Positions 8,826 through 19,198 of a stretch of DNA of 64,000 nt are shown piece after piece. Position 1 is the first letter of the stretch, and each line of letters opens with the position of its first letter. Source of the DNA: a virus (Duplodnaviria; Heunggongvirae; Uroviricota; Caudoviricetes); the IMG/VR virus record IMGVR_UViG_2595698394_000001, positions 17,866 to 81,865 of that record. One strand, given 5' to 3'. Position numbers and translations under genes: made by a program. Under the pieces are notes generated by a model. That model made no database searches, was not told where the DNA came from, and saw only the letters and a list, made by a program, of their open reading frames with translations.

Positions 8826-10379
8826 TTAGTTGCATTTTAACTCTTTATCAATCTCTTCTTCTACCGCTTTAGAGTAGAAATTTTTAAAGGTAGTTTTACT
8901 TTCTGAATTTTGAAGATGTTCATAGTCTTTAGGATCTAAATTTAACTGGGGAGCTTCTAAGCTTTCCACTCTAGAATAAAAATTAGTGTCTCCTATAGTT
9001 TCTGTATTTTCAAAAACAGAGTTGTCTGCTAACCTTATAAAATCCAGACTCTCTTTACTTGAGATAGTATCAACATTAACCTTAGTATAATTTTTGTCAA
9101 AAATAGGCAAAGATTTTGGATATTCCAAGTTATACCTTCTTTTTAAATCTCTAGTCACTATGTCATCGTATAAAACAGTTTCTAATTGGTCTGTTATAGA
9201 CAAATAATTTTTTATGTTATCATCCATATAGCTTTCCATTAGTTTTAAGGACACAGGATCATTATTTATTAACTCTATCCCTTTTTCATTAATTTCAAAA
9301 TTTTTATAAAACCTATCAAATTTTTTACTACCTTTTCTTTTTTCTTTAATGCTTTCCTTATTAAAATCAGCTATAAATTCTGTCATTAAGTACCCTTCGT
9401 TTTTAACAGGATTTAAGTATAAGTTTAGCTTCTCTCTAGTTGAGGGCATATTATCAGAGGTTACTAAAGGTGCATTAAAAAACATTTTTGCCAAAACTAT
9501 TTTCTGTAAAGTTTCTGTATTTACAGCTCCTTCTCTTTCTATAGTTTTTGCCTTTGTGATTACAGCCTCTTTTAAATCTAATATGTTTAAATATTCCTCA
9601 GTTAAAGTTTTATGTAGCTCTGAATACATCTCTTCTAAATCCTGCTTAGCTACCTCCATGTATACATTATTGTCTACTTTAATTACTCCCATTTCTTCAA
9701 ATAGTGAGTACTCATCCTTTGCAGTCTCCATAAAAAATGTGTAATCATTAACTACAGGCCCCTTTACTAACTTAGTTTGAGCCTTAACTACGGGGTTAAG
9801 TAAGTCGAACTCTGTTACAACATTATTAAATGCCTGTTCATCTGAAAATTGCATAAAATCTGCTATTGATTGAAGCATTGGCCTCATTTGGCTTAAAGAC
9901 TTCCCTTTATGCTCTGATAAGTCTAACCCAATTTCAAGCACATTATCTAGAGTTGTATCTAAAACTTTTTGTACCTCAGCTTCATTGGTGTTCAAAACAT
10001 TAACATTTAAAGCTAGAAGAAAGTCTATGGAACCTAGTACTGCTGTACCTTCTGGCTCCGTTAAGACTTGCTCTATGTACTCTCTATTAGTTTTAGGCTT
10101 ATCTTTCAAACTAGTACCTTCTAATACTTTTATAGGGACAACAGAATATTTAGAAAAATCTTCAAATAAACTATCTGCCTCATCTTTTAAATATTCTAGG
10201 TCTGAATTTTCTAAAGCCTCTATAAATTCTTGTTTATCTTTTATCCCTCCTAGTAACTCTAAAGCTTCTTTTTCGTTGGTAAAAGGATTTTGTTTAGCAG
10301 GTCTGCCTAGTATATCCATTTTATTTGAAAAAGAAGAAAATCTTTTGTCTACTGTAAATACTCTAGCACATGAAGCCAT
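8826..10379 (-). CDS. Putative virion cargo protein, 517 aa
   Basis: Lies within the cargo block and overlaps the upstream 1957-aa gene by 17 nt; function not recognised. Confidence 0.5.
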   Translation of the reverse strand: MASCARVFTVDKRFSSFSNKMDILGRPAKQNPFTNEKEALELLGGIKDKQEFIEALENSDLEYLKDEADSLFEDFSKYSVVPIKVLEGTSLKDKPKTNREYIEQVLTEPEGTAVLGSIDFLLALNVNVLNTNEAEVQKVLDTTLDNVLEIGLDLSEHKGKSLSQMRPMLQSIADFMQFSDEQAFNNVVTEFDLLNPVVKAQTKLVKGPVVNDYTFFMETAKDEYSLFEEMGVIKVDNNVYMEVAKQDLEEMYSELHKTLTEEYLNILDLKEAVITKAKTIEREGAVNTETLQKIVLAKMFFNAPLVTSDNMPSTREKLNLYLNPVKNEGYLMTEFIADFNKESIKEKRKGSKKFDRFYKNFEINEKGIELINNDPVSLKLMESYMDDNIKNYLSITDQLETVLYDDIVTRDLKRRYNLEYPKSLPIFDKNYTKVNVDTISSKESLDFIRLADNSVFENTETIGDTNFYSRVESLEAPQLNLDPKDYEHLQNSESKTTFKNFYSKAVEEEIDKELKCN

Positions 10380-13300
10380 TGTCTTGTAATTTTGTTATTA
10401 ATTTATCTATTTTTTGTAATGCAGGTAAGTTACTCATAAGAGTTGCTGCCTGAAAACTATCATAAAGTTTTGTAGAAACTAAAGACTTTATTGAAGGATT
10501 AAATATCCCTTTATTATAAAACCCTTTTATTAACTCAGGTAAAAGTTCTTCTACAGTCTCTATCTCATCCCCTAGAAGAGATTCCACAATTTCTGATATT
10601 TCTTCTTCAGTTAAAACTTGAGATTGAATATTACCAGTCAAGGTATCTAACCACTCTTTATTCTCTTTAACCGTTCCCGAACTAGAAAGCTCTGATGTAT
10701 TTAGTCCTGTAATTAAAGCTACAAGGGCTGATTCTGCTCTTGTATTTTCTTTTAGTCCTTCTACAGTATATTGACTCTTATTTCCTGTAGTGATACCTTT
10801 ACCTTTCTCCTCTAATCTATTAATTTTAAAGTAGTTGTTGAAATCTATCATCCCTACTCCTCTACTATCCCTTGCAATATTATCTTTTCTAGAAATATAC
10901 TTGTCTGGAAACACGAAATTTTCATTTAATAGGTTAGTAACATTATCAATTTCTTTAGAGTATGTCATTTTTCCATTAACTACTTCACCTTTCACTAACC
11001 AAGCTCCTGTATATCCGAAGAATGGGTACCAGCTACCTGCTTCTTTTCCAGAAGTACCTGCTGAGGATTTGTAAAAAGGAATCGTTTGACCATTTATATT
11101 TGCTACTACAAATAACCTTCCTTGCATAGCTTCAAATACTACAGCTCCTTCTGGGTTAAGCTCAGTGCTTACTACTTCATTACCACTGTTTTTATCTACA
11201 ATAGTTAAAGTGTTATTTGGCACTACTAAGAACTCCTTCAAAGGCTCTATGTTTATGTAAACTCTACTATCTTCCAAATCTTTGTCAATGAAAGTTTCAC
11301 TAATACTCTTTATCTCATTATCTAATGGTTTAGTGTCAACACTAACTACTTTATCTCCATTTGATATAGTTGCTATAGTTGATATGACTGATGTTTTTTC
11401 AGGTTTTTGTGCAGCATTTTCAATTTCCACAATCCTGTTTAGTTCCCCTATTTTGTACTTTATGCTATCTATTTTAGTTGCTCCTATTATATTTTTTATT
11501 CTCTTAGGAATCCTGTGGCTAAAAGCTGCTATAACTTTATTTGCATTGTACTTTTTATTTAAATAATCTATAGGGTCCTTATTAACAGGAGAATCTTGTA
11601 GCTCCATTAAAAAGTCACTATCCTCTTCTGCCACAGTAAGACCTAATGACACTGTGTTTTTAAACATACTGTCTAAAGCTATTGCCTCTTCACTTATACT
11701 TTCTACTAGAGCTATTCTTTTTTGTTCTAATGCTTCCCTAAAAGTAAGTTTAGCCTGGTTATTATTATAAGGAACTCTATTTTCAATTTTTAGTATAATT
11801 TTACTCGCTAAAATAGGACGATCGGTTATATCTACAGATATTTCCGCTTGTTGTATCAAGTTAGAAGGATCAAAATTATCCTCAGTCCATGTTTCTACGT
11901 CTGGAGTAATCTTATTTTGGGTTAAACTGTCTAAAGCTCCTTGTGCCTCTGTAGAGTTTTCCCAATTATTTGCAGAGTAATCTATTCCAAAAGAATTAGG
12001 ATCTATTTTATTTTCTCCTAAGAACTTTACAAACTTTTCTGCTTTCTGATTAGAAGATAAAGCTGTATTTAAAATAGCTTCTGCCCCTGTAGACAAATCT
12101 GCCCCTGTTTCTATCAAGTTTACAGGGTAAGCTATAGTTTGATTTCTATATTTGAATACTACTACAGGTATTTTCTGTCCCTTATTCTTCCTACTAATTC
12201 TAGTGGCTAATCCTGGATTAAATTTAATGTTTCTATTTAAAGTCACTTGTTCATCTAATACATACCCTGTAGCAACCACCTGAGCCGCTGCCTCTGTTGT
12301 GAAAGGGATTGTTTTAGGTTTACCTTGCTCATCAATAGTTATGTTAGGGTTACCTAAAAGAACTTTTTCTACTGGCAACTCTACACCTAAATCTGCTCTT
12401 TCATCAATTCCTTCTATAACTTTATCAACAGCAGCGTTTCTAAGCTCTATTAAAGCAGATGTAGCTACACTAGTATCATTTCTGTCAGATAATGCTCTTA
12501 AAGAGCCCACTACTAGTGTAGGAGCATCTTTAGGCTTTAAATATATATTTAAATTATTTGAAAGTTCTTCTTTAGTTATCTTGCCTTTATTATACTGTTC
12601 TAAAAGGTCCTTATTGTAACTGTCATTAATGTCTATCTCTGTAATAAGGCTATCTCCTTTTTGGATATCATTTGTGTAGTCTTCGTTATAATTTATTACT
12701 TCTCCGTTTGCATTCTCATACCCAAAATCTCCTGGAACAACTTTTCCATTTACATATAAAGGCATGAAAGAACTAATAGAAAAATCTACGACATGAGTTC
12801 CCTGAGGTAAAACTTCTTCTAACTCAGTTTTGTTCACCTCTAATCTATTGTATTGTACTACTCTAATTTTTACTTCTTTGCCCTCAGCATTTAGTATAAA
12901 TTCGTTCCCTACTTTTTTAAGCTCTTTTTTATTTAAAAGAGAGATGTCTTTACCTTTATAAGTAATTGTTGAATTAGGAATAATACCAAGTAAACTTTGT
13001 ATTTCTGTATGAGATATTTCATAAGTACCTCTTTCCTCTACATACTTAGCTACTTTTATGGAAGGAGATTGTACAGTGTTCACATTCTGACTACCATCTT
13101 TTGAACCAACAGGTCTTGAAGCTAAAACTATTTCCTTTATAGAAGTAGTTGCTGCTGTATTAGAAGTCTCAACTTCTGTTTTTAGAGCCTCTATTAATAA
13201 TAACTTGTCTCCAATTCCTGATCCATCTATTACTCTCCAATTGTTTAGTTTTTTATTAAGATTTTTAAACTCCTCAGACTCTTCACTAGTCAAGCCTTTT

Positions 13301-16236
13301 CCTTTTGTATACTCAGAAGTTAAAACTTCCTGAGGTACACCATTTATTTTAGCTAAAAGCTCAGAAAATCTGTCAGTATCCTCTTTATTTAAATTTGGTT
13401 CAACATCATCTCCAATATACTGTTTTAAGTAATTATCTTTTTTAAGAAGCTCTTGAATTTCATTCTCCAATTTTTCAATTACTGATAAGTTTTCTTGTGT
13501 ACTTGTATTTGTATTAACTGGTGCCGTGGCTACAGGTGCCTGTACTTTAGGTGGACCTGTTAGTGCCCCTAATTGGGAAAGAGTTGAAACTTCGGCTGTT
13601 TCGGTTGTTTCTTTAAAATATTTGTCTAAATGAGTATCTAATTCTTTATTTTTATTTATTAATTTTGATAACCAACCGTTTAAAACACTTACCCTAGTAT
13701 CAGGATTTGTAAAAAGCTCAATAGACTTGTTAAACTGTTTAGTTTGTCTAGTTGCACTTTCATAGTTAGTCATTAACCTTTCAACATTCTCTTTATCGTT
13801 TGGCTTTAATACTCCTAACTTTGCTCTGAATATTTCTAGATTTTTACTTTGACTGTCCAACATATCTAAAGTCACTTGACCATCAGAGAAAGTGGCTATG
13901 TTTGCAATAGCAAATGTAGTTTCTCTTTGAGCTTGAAGTTCCTGAATTTCTTGTTGAGTTTTTAGTAGTTCTTTATTAGCTTTATTTAAGTTAGCAGCAT
14001 AAGATTCATTATCTGTTTTACTAACACTTTGAAGATCCACTAATTTTTCTTGTAGTGCCTTTTCTCTTTGTTGTTTCTGTGTCAACTGTGTTCTAAGACC
14101 TCTTAACTCACTTAAATTCTTAGGATCTACTTTTCTAAGTACATTTTCAACAGTTAAAACATCTGTAGTTTCTATTCCTAGATTTCCTGATACAATATCT
14201 TTTATAGAAGAAATCATTCCATCAGCTATCTCATCCGAAGCTTCTCCCATAGTCAAGGTGTAAGCCATCCTATCAGATAAATCTTTTATATTGTACTCAG
14301 AGGCACCTGCAATAGGGCTAGTGCCTAATATAGACTCTGCTAGATTAAGGTTCTTTTGTGTTTTTTCTGCAATATTTTTGTATTCAGATAAAATTTCACT
14401 TCTATAATTTGACACAAGTTCTGAGGTCTCTTCATTCAATTCCTCAATACCTAGGACTTCTGCAATTTCACTATCAGAAGTTTTCTCTAGATATGCTTCT
14501 AAGTCTTTCACTCCTTCGCTAATTCCTCCTAAACGGATATCTCTAATTGCTCTGGCTTGCATTAGCTCTTTTCTAGCTGTAACTTCTCCTGTTAAATCCC
14601 CACTATCTTTAGCCTCTGACTCTTTTCTAGTTGCATTTTCTATTCTAGAAAGCTCTTTAATTCTATTAACAACTAGTTCAGAAGTCACTGTATTACTTTT
14701 GTTTACTAAGTTCTCTACCTCTGCTTGTTCTGAAGACATCTCATTAAATCTCCCTTTAGTAGATATTCCTCCTCCAAAAATACCAATAATAACTCCAATA
14801 CCTATAGACTTTTGACCTTCTTTAGTCCCATAAGATTCTTCAAAACCTTTTAGCATAGAGTCAATTATGCTAATTGAATTATCAATGTTTTCTGTTTTGT
14901 AGGTTTCAAGCATGAAGTCTTCTCCTGTGGAAGTAATTACCCCTTGACCCCCTTCTTCTACAACCCCTTCTAAAGTTCCGTACTTACCAAAAGTGTATGC
15001 CCCTCTAACTGCTTTTTGGGCTTTAGTGGCTTGTAACGCTACTTTTTTACCATCAACTGTTTTGTATCCTATACCTAACAGCTTATTTTTTAATAAACTA
15101 TTTTTAACAGTTTGGTTAATTGGTGAACCTTTTATGATACTACCGAACATAGCAATATTAGAAGCACCTACCAAAGCCATGTTAGGTAGAAATACTCCAT
15201 AGTTAGCATAGTCAGAAAGATCTTTATCAAAATCGTTCTGTTCACTCGCTGTTGGAGCTCTACCATTCAACTCTTCAAAAGAATCTAACCAATTTTCTTT
15301 GGTTGATTTCATATAATGTCTAGCTTCTACTCCTGCTTCGTATCCAGCAGAAGTTACAAGAAATCTTGCATTGTTTGCTGTTTTTGAAAGCATGGTACCT
15401 CTCTTAGCTCCTTGTGCTAAGGCTGTAGTTACAGCCTCTTTCTCAGTTCTCCTTAAAATAGCTTTACCTGCGATACTCTTGTACTTGTTTAAGGCTGCCA
15501 GTGAACTTTTAGTAGATAAGGCTTTTGCACCCCATCTGGCCACTCCTCCCATAGCTCCTTTTGCAATTAAAGAAGTTCCTCCTGTAGCTGCTGCCCAAAT
15601 ACCTTCAGAAACTATTGTCCCTAATGTAAAAGATAATCCTGATGTAACATCATTTGCCCAAAAATTAGCGGTTCCCATAGAGTCCCATAGGCCTTGATTT
15701 TTTTGTTGCTCAGTATAGTAGTTTGGTAGGTTGTTGTCCATCTTAGTGTTAAGATCATCTAACCACTTATCAAAGTCATTATTGTATGTAGCCTCTAAAC
15801 TTCCTTGAAGAACTCCATTAATTACTCCATTTACAGTACCTATTGTACCTCCTAAAACAGCTGTACTAGTCTTACCAATCAATTTTGTAAGGCCATTACC
15901 CCATTGTTCTCCAGTACTTTGCTTTCTGGCAAGTCTGTCTTCGTTATCCGAACCTGAAAGAAAGTTTTCAAACTTAGCTATATGCTTTCCACTATTAAGT
16001 TTAGTGTAAGCATTATCTAAATTGGCATCATAGTTAAAAGTTTTAAGTTTAGTCTCAGGTGCAAAAATATCATTTTGTAAGCTAGATTGCTTAGTTTTGA
16101 TACTTGCATATTTAAGAGGATCTGGATTATTTTTTTTGATATCTAAGTCCATCTCTTTAACAGGAGAAGTCTCTTCCTTTGGAGGAAGAGATTTAGTAGG
16201 ATCAAAAGCTTCTGTTTCTGTATTATTTTCCAACAT
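10363..16236 (-). CDS. Giant putative virion-ejected protein, 1957 aa, with N-terminal Gly/Ala-rich hydrophobic helices and coiled coil
   Basis: Several Gly-rich hydrophobic segments (e.g. SIGIGVIIGIFGGGIS), a long heptad region, and position in the cargo block. Confidence 0.65.
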   Translation of the reverse strand: MLENNTETEAFDPTKSLPPKEETSPVKEMDLDIKKNNPDPLKYASIKTKQSSLQNDIFAPETKLKTFNYDANLDNAYTKLNSGKHIAKFENFLSGSDNEDRLARKQSTGEQWGNGLTKLIGKTSTAVLGGTIGTVNGVINGVLQGSLEATYNNDFDKWLDDLNTKMDNNLPNYYTEQQKNQGLWDSMGTANFWANDVTSGLSFTLGTIVSEGIWAAATGGTSLIAKGAMGGVARWGAKALSTKSSLAALNKYKSIAGKAILRRTEKEAVTTALAQGAKRGTMLSKTANNARFLVTSAGYEAGVEARHYMKSTKENWLDSFEELNGRAPTASEQNDFDKDLSDYANYGVFLPNMALVGASNIAMFGSIIKGSPINQTVKNSLLKNKLLGIGYKTVDGKKVALQATKAQKAVRGAYTFGKYGTLEGVVEEGGQGVITSTGEDFMLETYKTENIDNSISIIDSMLKGFEESYGTKEGQKSIGIGVIIGIFGGGISTKGRFNEMSSEQAEVENLVNKSNTVTSELVVNRIKELSRIENATRKESEAKDSGDLTGEVTARKELMQARAIRDIRLGGISEGVKDLEAYLEKTSDSEIAEVLGIEELNEETSELVSNYRSEILSEYKNIAEKTQKNLNLAESILGTSPIAGASEYNIKDLSDRMAYTLTMGEASDEIADGMISSIKDIVSGNLGIETTDVLTVENVLRKVDPKNLSELRGLRTQLTQKQQREKALQEKLVDLQSVSKTDNESYAANLNKANKELLKTQQEIQELQAQRETTFAIANIATFSDGQVTLDMLDSQSKNLEIFRAKLGVLKPNDKENVERLMTNYESATRQTKQFNKSIELFTNPDTRVSVLNGWLSKLINKNKELDTHLDKYFKETTETAEVSTLSQLGALTGPPKVQAPVATAPVNTNTSTQENLSVIEKLENEIQELLKKDNYLKQYIGDDVEPNLNKEDTDRFSELLAKINGVPQEVLTSEYTKGKGLTSEESEEFKNLNKKLNNWRVIDGSGIGDKLLLIEALKTEVETSNTAATTSIKEIVLASRPVGSKDGSQNVNTVQSPSIKVAKYVEERGTYEISHTEIQSLLGIIPNSTITYKGKDISLLNKKELKKVGNEFILNAEGKEVKIRVVQYNRLEVNKTELEEVLPQGTHVVDFSISSFMPLYVNGKVVPGDFGYENANGEVINYNEDYTNDIQKGDSLITEIDINDSYNKDLLEQYNKGKITKEELSNNLNIYLKPKDAPTLVVGSLRALSDRNDTSVATSALIELRNAAVDKVIEGIDERADLGVELPVEKVLLGNPNITIDEQGKPKTIPFTTEAAAQVVATGYVLDEQVTLNRNIKFNPGLATRISRKNKGQKIPVVVFKYRNQTIAYPVNLIETGADLSTGAEAILNTALSSNQKAEKFVKFLGENKIDPNSFGIDYSANNWENSTEAQGALDSLTQNKITPDVETWTEDNFDPSNLIQQAEISVDITDRPILASKIILKIENRVPYNNNQAKLTFREALEQKRIALVESISEEAIALDSMFKNTVSLGLTVAEEDSDFLMELQDSPVNKDPIDYLNKKYNANKVIAAFSHRIPKRIKNIIGATKIDSIKYKIGELNRIVEIENAAQKPEKTSVISTIATISNGDKVVSVDTKPLDNEIKSISETFIDKDLEDSRVYINIEPLKEFLVVPNNTLTIVDKNSGNEVVSTELNPEGAVVFEAMQGRLFVVANINGQTIPFYKSSAGTSGKEAGSWYPFFGYTGAWLVKGEVVNGKMTYSKEIDNVTNLLNENFVFPDKYISRKDNIARDSRGVGMIDFNNYFKINRLEEKGKGITTGNKSQYTVEGLKENTRAESALVALITGLNTSELSSSGTVKENKEWLDTLTGNIQSQVLTEEEISEIVESLLGDEIETVEELLPELIKGFYNKGIFNPSIKSLVSTKLYDSFQAATLMSNLPALQKIDKLITKLQDNGFMC

Positions 16237-19147
16237 TTATTTTTCTATAAAGTTTTACAAAATTTTCGTTATCATCTTCACTTAATTCTGTAGCTATATT
16301 TGTGAGGGCTAAGGTAGCAAAAATTTGTGGATCATAATCAACAATATTTACTAAACTTTCTTTTGGTACATTTTGGGCTACTTCTGATATTTTTTCACCA
16401 TCATAATAAACTTCCACATAATTTGTACCACCAGACTCCTGTAATTTTACACTAAACTTAGAATAGTTGTCTACTGCTAAATTTAAAGTTTCCCCCCACG
16501 GAGTAGACTCGCCACTTTCTGGAAACAAGCTCTTATTAGCTTGTTTAAGTAGAATCTTAGCTCCCTTTGGCGTTGCAGCAAGGTAAGCACTGTTATTAAA
16601 ACCATATTTTTTTTCTAAGTATGCATAAGTTTTTGTAGAATCAGGTTTAAAAGCCAAGTTACCTTGTTTGATCTCTAACGGTTTTCCGTTTTCAATTAAC
16701 AAATCTGCTTGTTTCTCCCCTAATTCTATTCTGTTGTTAATATCTGGTAACCTTTCCAGTACTCTTTGAGGTACCATAATAGATTTCTCTCCTTGGGATA
16801 TAATAAAGTTATTAGTGTTTCCTGGTACCCTTGCCAAACTAATCCCTACTCCATTTTTTAATGCACTTAGAGGCTCTTTACCTTCTATTGCTTCTCCAGA
16901 TGCTATTGCAGTTCTAAGAGACTCAAAAATAGGCTTCTTGTTTCCCTCGGCAGTAGTTGGGCTAATATAAACTTGGTTAAAACCTTTTACTCTAATACCC
17001 CTTTGGCCTACTTGTTCTCTGTAGTCATCTTGGAAACTTTCAAATGAAAGTACATCTCTAAAAGACCTATCATCTTGTACAGAATCGTCTGACCCAAAAT
17101 CACCTATTCCGTTATTTCCATCGAAAGTTCCATTTTGTAATGCTTGAACAATAGTTTTATATGTTTCAGTTCCTTTAGCTTCTGGCCTAAGTTCTATTCT
17201 ATACTTCTCTTTTACATCATTCTTATGGTCCCTAATATAGTCCATATCCGCTTCTCCAGCGTCTTTAGTACTTATACTAACACTACCTCCAAAAGAAGAC
17301 TCTAACTCATTATTTCTTTTGGTGACTTTGAATACGTCAGTAAATTTTTTGTTCTCTCCTAAAACCTTAGTAAGACGGTTAAACTGCATTAAAATACTTT
17401 CGTCTAACTTACCAGCTTCTCTCCCTTGTAAAGTCTTACCTAAGTTGTTTGTAGTCACTGCAAACCCTGAATCTGTTCTAGTGGAAAGTAAATAATCTGC
17501 TGTAACTTTAGCTTTTAATGTACGGGATTTAACTGGGTCGTTAATAAACTCTTTATATTTAGACTCCGAAGTTATCCCTTGAGATTCTAAATACTGCTTA
17601 TATGAAACTTTTTGTCCAGCTTCATTTACCATTTTTATGCCCTCGTTATTCACTAAAGCGTTGTAAGTTTCAGATTTATCAAATCCTTTGTCTAAGTTAG
17701 CTTCATATATTTTTTGGTCATCTTCTAAGAAATTTTGATACTCTCTTTCTAACCTATTTAGGTTACCTGTACTTTCAAAATCTATAACTCCTGAGTCCCT
17801 CAATGCCTTACTTCTAGCATCTACAGCTGAAAGACCTGCATACTTAGGGTCTTTTATTAAGTTGTCTACTGAAGCTTTCTTTTCTTGAGATAAGCCATTA
17901 TAAAGTTGGTTTGTAGTAACATTAAACTCTGTGTTTATTTTTTGGGCTTCTTTTTGAACCTCTTCATAGGCATCTATAGAGTCTAGTAACTCAGAAGCTA
18001 CAGGGACAGATATTGCATCAGGTAAGTTTGCTGCTGAATCTTTTTCAGTTTCTTCTTTTGCTTTTTTAGATGCTGCTCTAGCCGAAACTTCTGCGCTTAG
18101 ATTAGCAAAATATGCATTATCCTTTATATAAGTTTCATTCTCATACCCTTTTAAAGAGTTTGATAAACTTTCTACAACTTCTTTTTGTCTTAAAAATCCT
18201 CCAATTTTATCGGCAGGACTTTTAGAAAGACTCTCTAATTGTTTAGAAGTTTGGTCTCTGTAGGAAACTAATCTATTAAGACTATCTGCGTATTTTTCTG
18301 CTGTTGCTTTATCTAGTGATCCAGAATCTAATTTAGTTTGTATATTTTGAATGTCAGAATCTAAACTTTCGACAACATTATCTGAGTAGGCTTTTAGAGT
18401 GCTTTGGGCAATTTCATCATCCCCATTAAATGTAAAGTGGCCATCTATCTCTAGCTGTTTTTGCATTTTACCATCCATAAAAGTAGGTAACATAGAAGCA
18501 ATTTCTTCTTGTGTTAACCCTTCTATTGACCTTTCTATTATAGTTCCAGGAACACCTGACAAACTACCGTCAATATCCCTAGTTTGTACAACTCTTTTAC
18601 CTCCTTTTATACTAACTGCATCTTTTAGCCTTTTTGTAAGCTCTTCATTCACATTTACATAAGGTGAGTATTCCAAAGCACCTATTTCGTCAGTGTCTCC
18701 TCTCATATAAGCATCTAAGCCAGCTTTATCCTTTGCATATTGGTAATTAATGTTGCTGAAAGAATCTGGATCCTTTTTAGATAACTCTTGTACTCCTGAT
18801 TGAAACTTACCAATCTGTCTACTAATTCCTACTTGATTTATAAGATGGTCATCAATAGATCCTGTTAGAGCTGTTTCTAGGCTTCTAGATACAGAGTCTG
18901 AAGAGTAGTCTAACTTACCTGCATTCTCTATACTTCCTAAAAGTTTCTCTACATTTTTTACTAAATGCTCCTTATCCTGATCCCTTACTAACTGAATAGA
19001 GCCTAATTGAGATAATTTCTCATCTATTTTGGCTTGGTTAGCGTTCCACTTATTTTCTTTACTTTGTAATACAAAACCAATAGCCTCTGTATTTAGAGGC
19101 TTTTGAGTCTGTTGTCTTCTGATTAAATTTGATGTATAGTTTGCCAT
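16223..19147 (-). CDS. Putative virion cargo protein, 974 aa
   Basis: Position in the cargo block and helical N-terminus; no enzymatic motif recognised. Confidence 0.55.
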   Translation of the reverse strand: MANYTSNLIRRQQTQKPLNTEAIGFVLQSKENKWNANQAKIDEKLSQLGSIQLVRDQDKEHLVKNVEKLLGSIENAGKLDYSSDSVSRSLETALTGSIDDHLINQVGISRQIGKFQSGVQELSKKDPDSFSNINYQYAKDKAGLDAYMRGDTDEIGALEYSPYVNVNEELTKRLKDAVSIKGGKRVVQTRDIDGSLSGVPGTIIERSIEGLTQEEIASMLPTFMDGKMQKQLEIDGHFTFNGDDEIAQSTLKAYSDNVVESLDSDIQNIQTKLDSGSLDKATAEKYADSLNRLVSYRDQTSKQLESLSKSPADKIGGFLRQKEVVESLSNSLKGYENETYIKDNAYFANLSAEVSARAASKKAKEETEKDSAANLPDAISVPVASELLDSIDAYEEVQKEAQKINTEFNVTTNQLYNGLSQEKKASVDNLIKDPKYAGLSAVDARSKALRDSGVIDFESTGNLNRLEREYQNFLEDDQKIYEANLDKGFDKSETYNALVNNEGIKMVNEAGQKVSYKQYLESQGITSESKYKEFINDPVKSRTLKAKVTADYLLSTRTDSGFAVTTNNLGKTLQGREAGKLDESILMQFNRLTKVLGENKKFTDVFKVTKRNNELESSFGGSVSISTKDAGEADMDYIRDHKNDVKEKYRIELRPEAKGTETYKTIVQALQNGTFDGNNGIGDFGSDDSVQDDRSFRDVLSFESFQDDYREQVGQRGIRVKGFNQVYISPTTAEGNKKPIFESLRTAIASGEAIEGKEPLSALKNGVGISLARVPGNTNNFIISQGEKSIMVPQRVLERLPDINNRIELGEKQADLLIENGKPLEIKQGNLAFKPDSTKTYAYLEKKYGFNNSAYLAATPKGAKILLKQANKSLFPESGESTPWGETLNLAVDNYSKFSVKLQESGGTNYVEVYYDGEKISEVAQNVPKESLVNIVDYDPQIFATLALTNIATELSEDDNENFVKLYRKINVGK

Positions 19148-19159
19148 AGTTTAAAGTCT

Positions 19160-19168
19160 GTAAATGTA
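19160..19168 (-). promoter_or_regulatory. Promoter-like element TACATTTAC (TAnnTTTA variant)
   Basis: Intergenic, 12 nt upstream of the ATG at 19147; same core as the motifs at 24111 and 57628. Confidence 0.4.
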
Positions 19169-19198
19169 CTTAAAATTTATTTAATTTCCTAGTACTTA

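Noticed and set aside
10363-10420. Programmed frameshift fusing the 1957-aa and 517-aa genes
   Set aside because: The 17-nt overlap has its own ATG, and no canonical X-XXY-YYZ slippery heptamer is in frame upstream; ordinary translational coupling suffices
15220-15234. DFDKD in the 1957-aa protein as an RNA polymerase DxDxD catalytic loop
   Set aside because: It sits in a helical segment between hydrophobic N-terminal helices without the surrounding beta-barrel or upstream conserved context; likely chance, though only a fold search can exclude it
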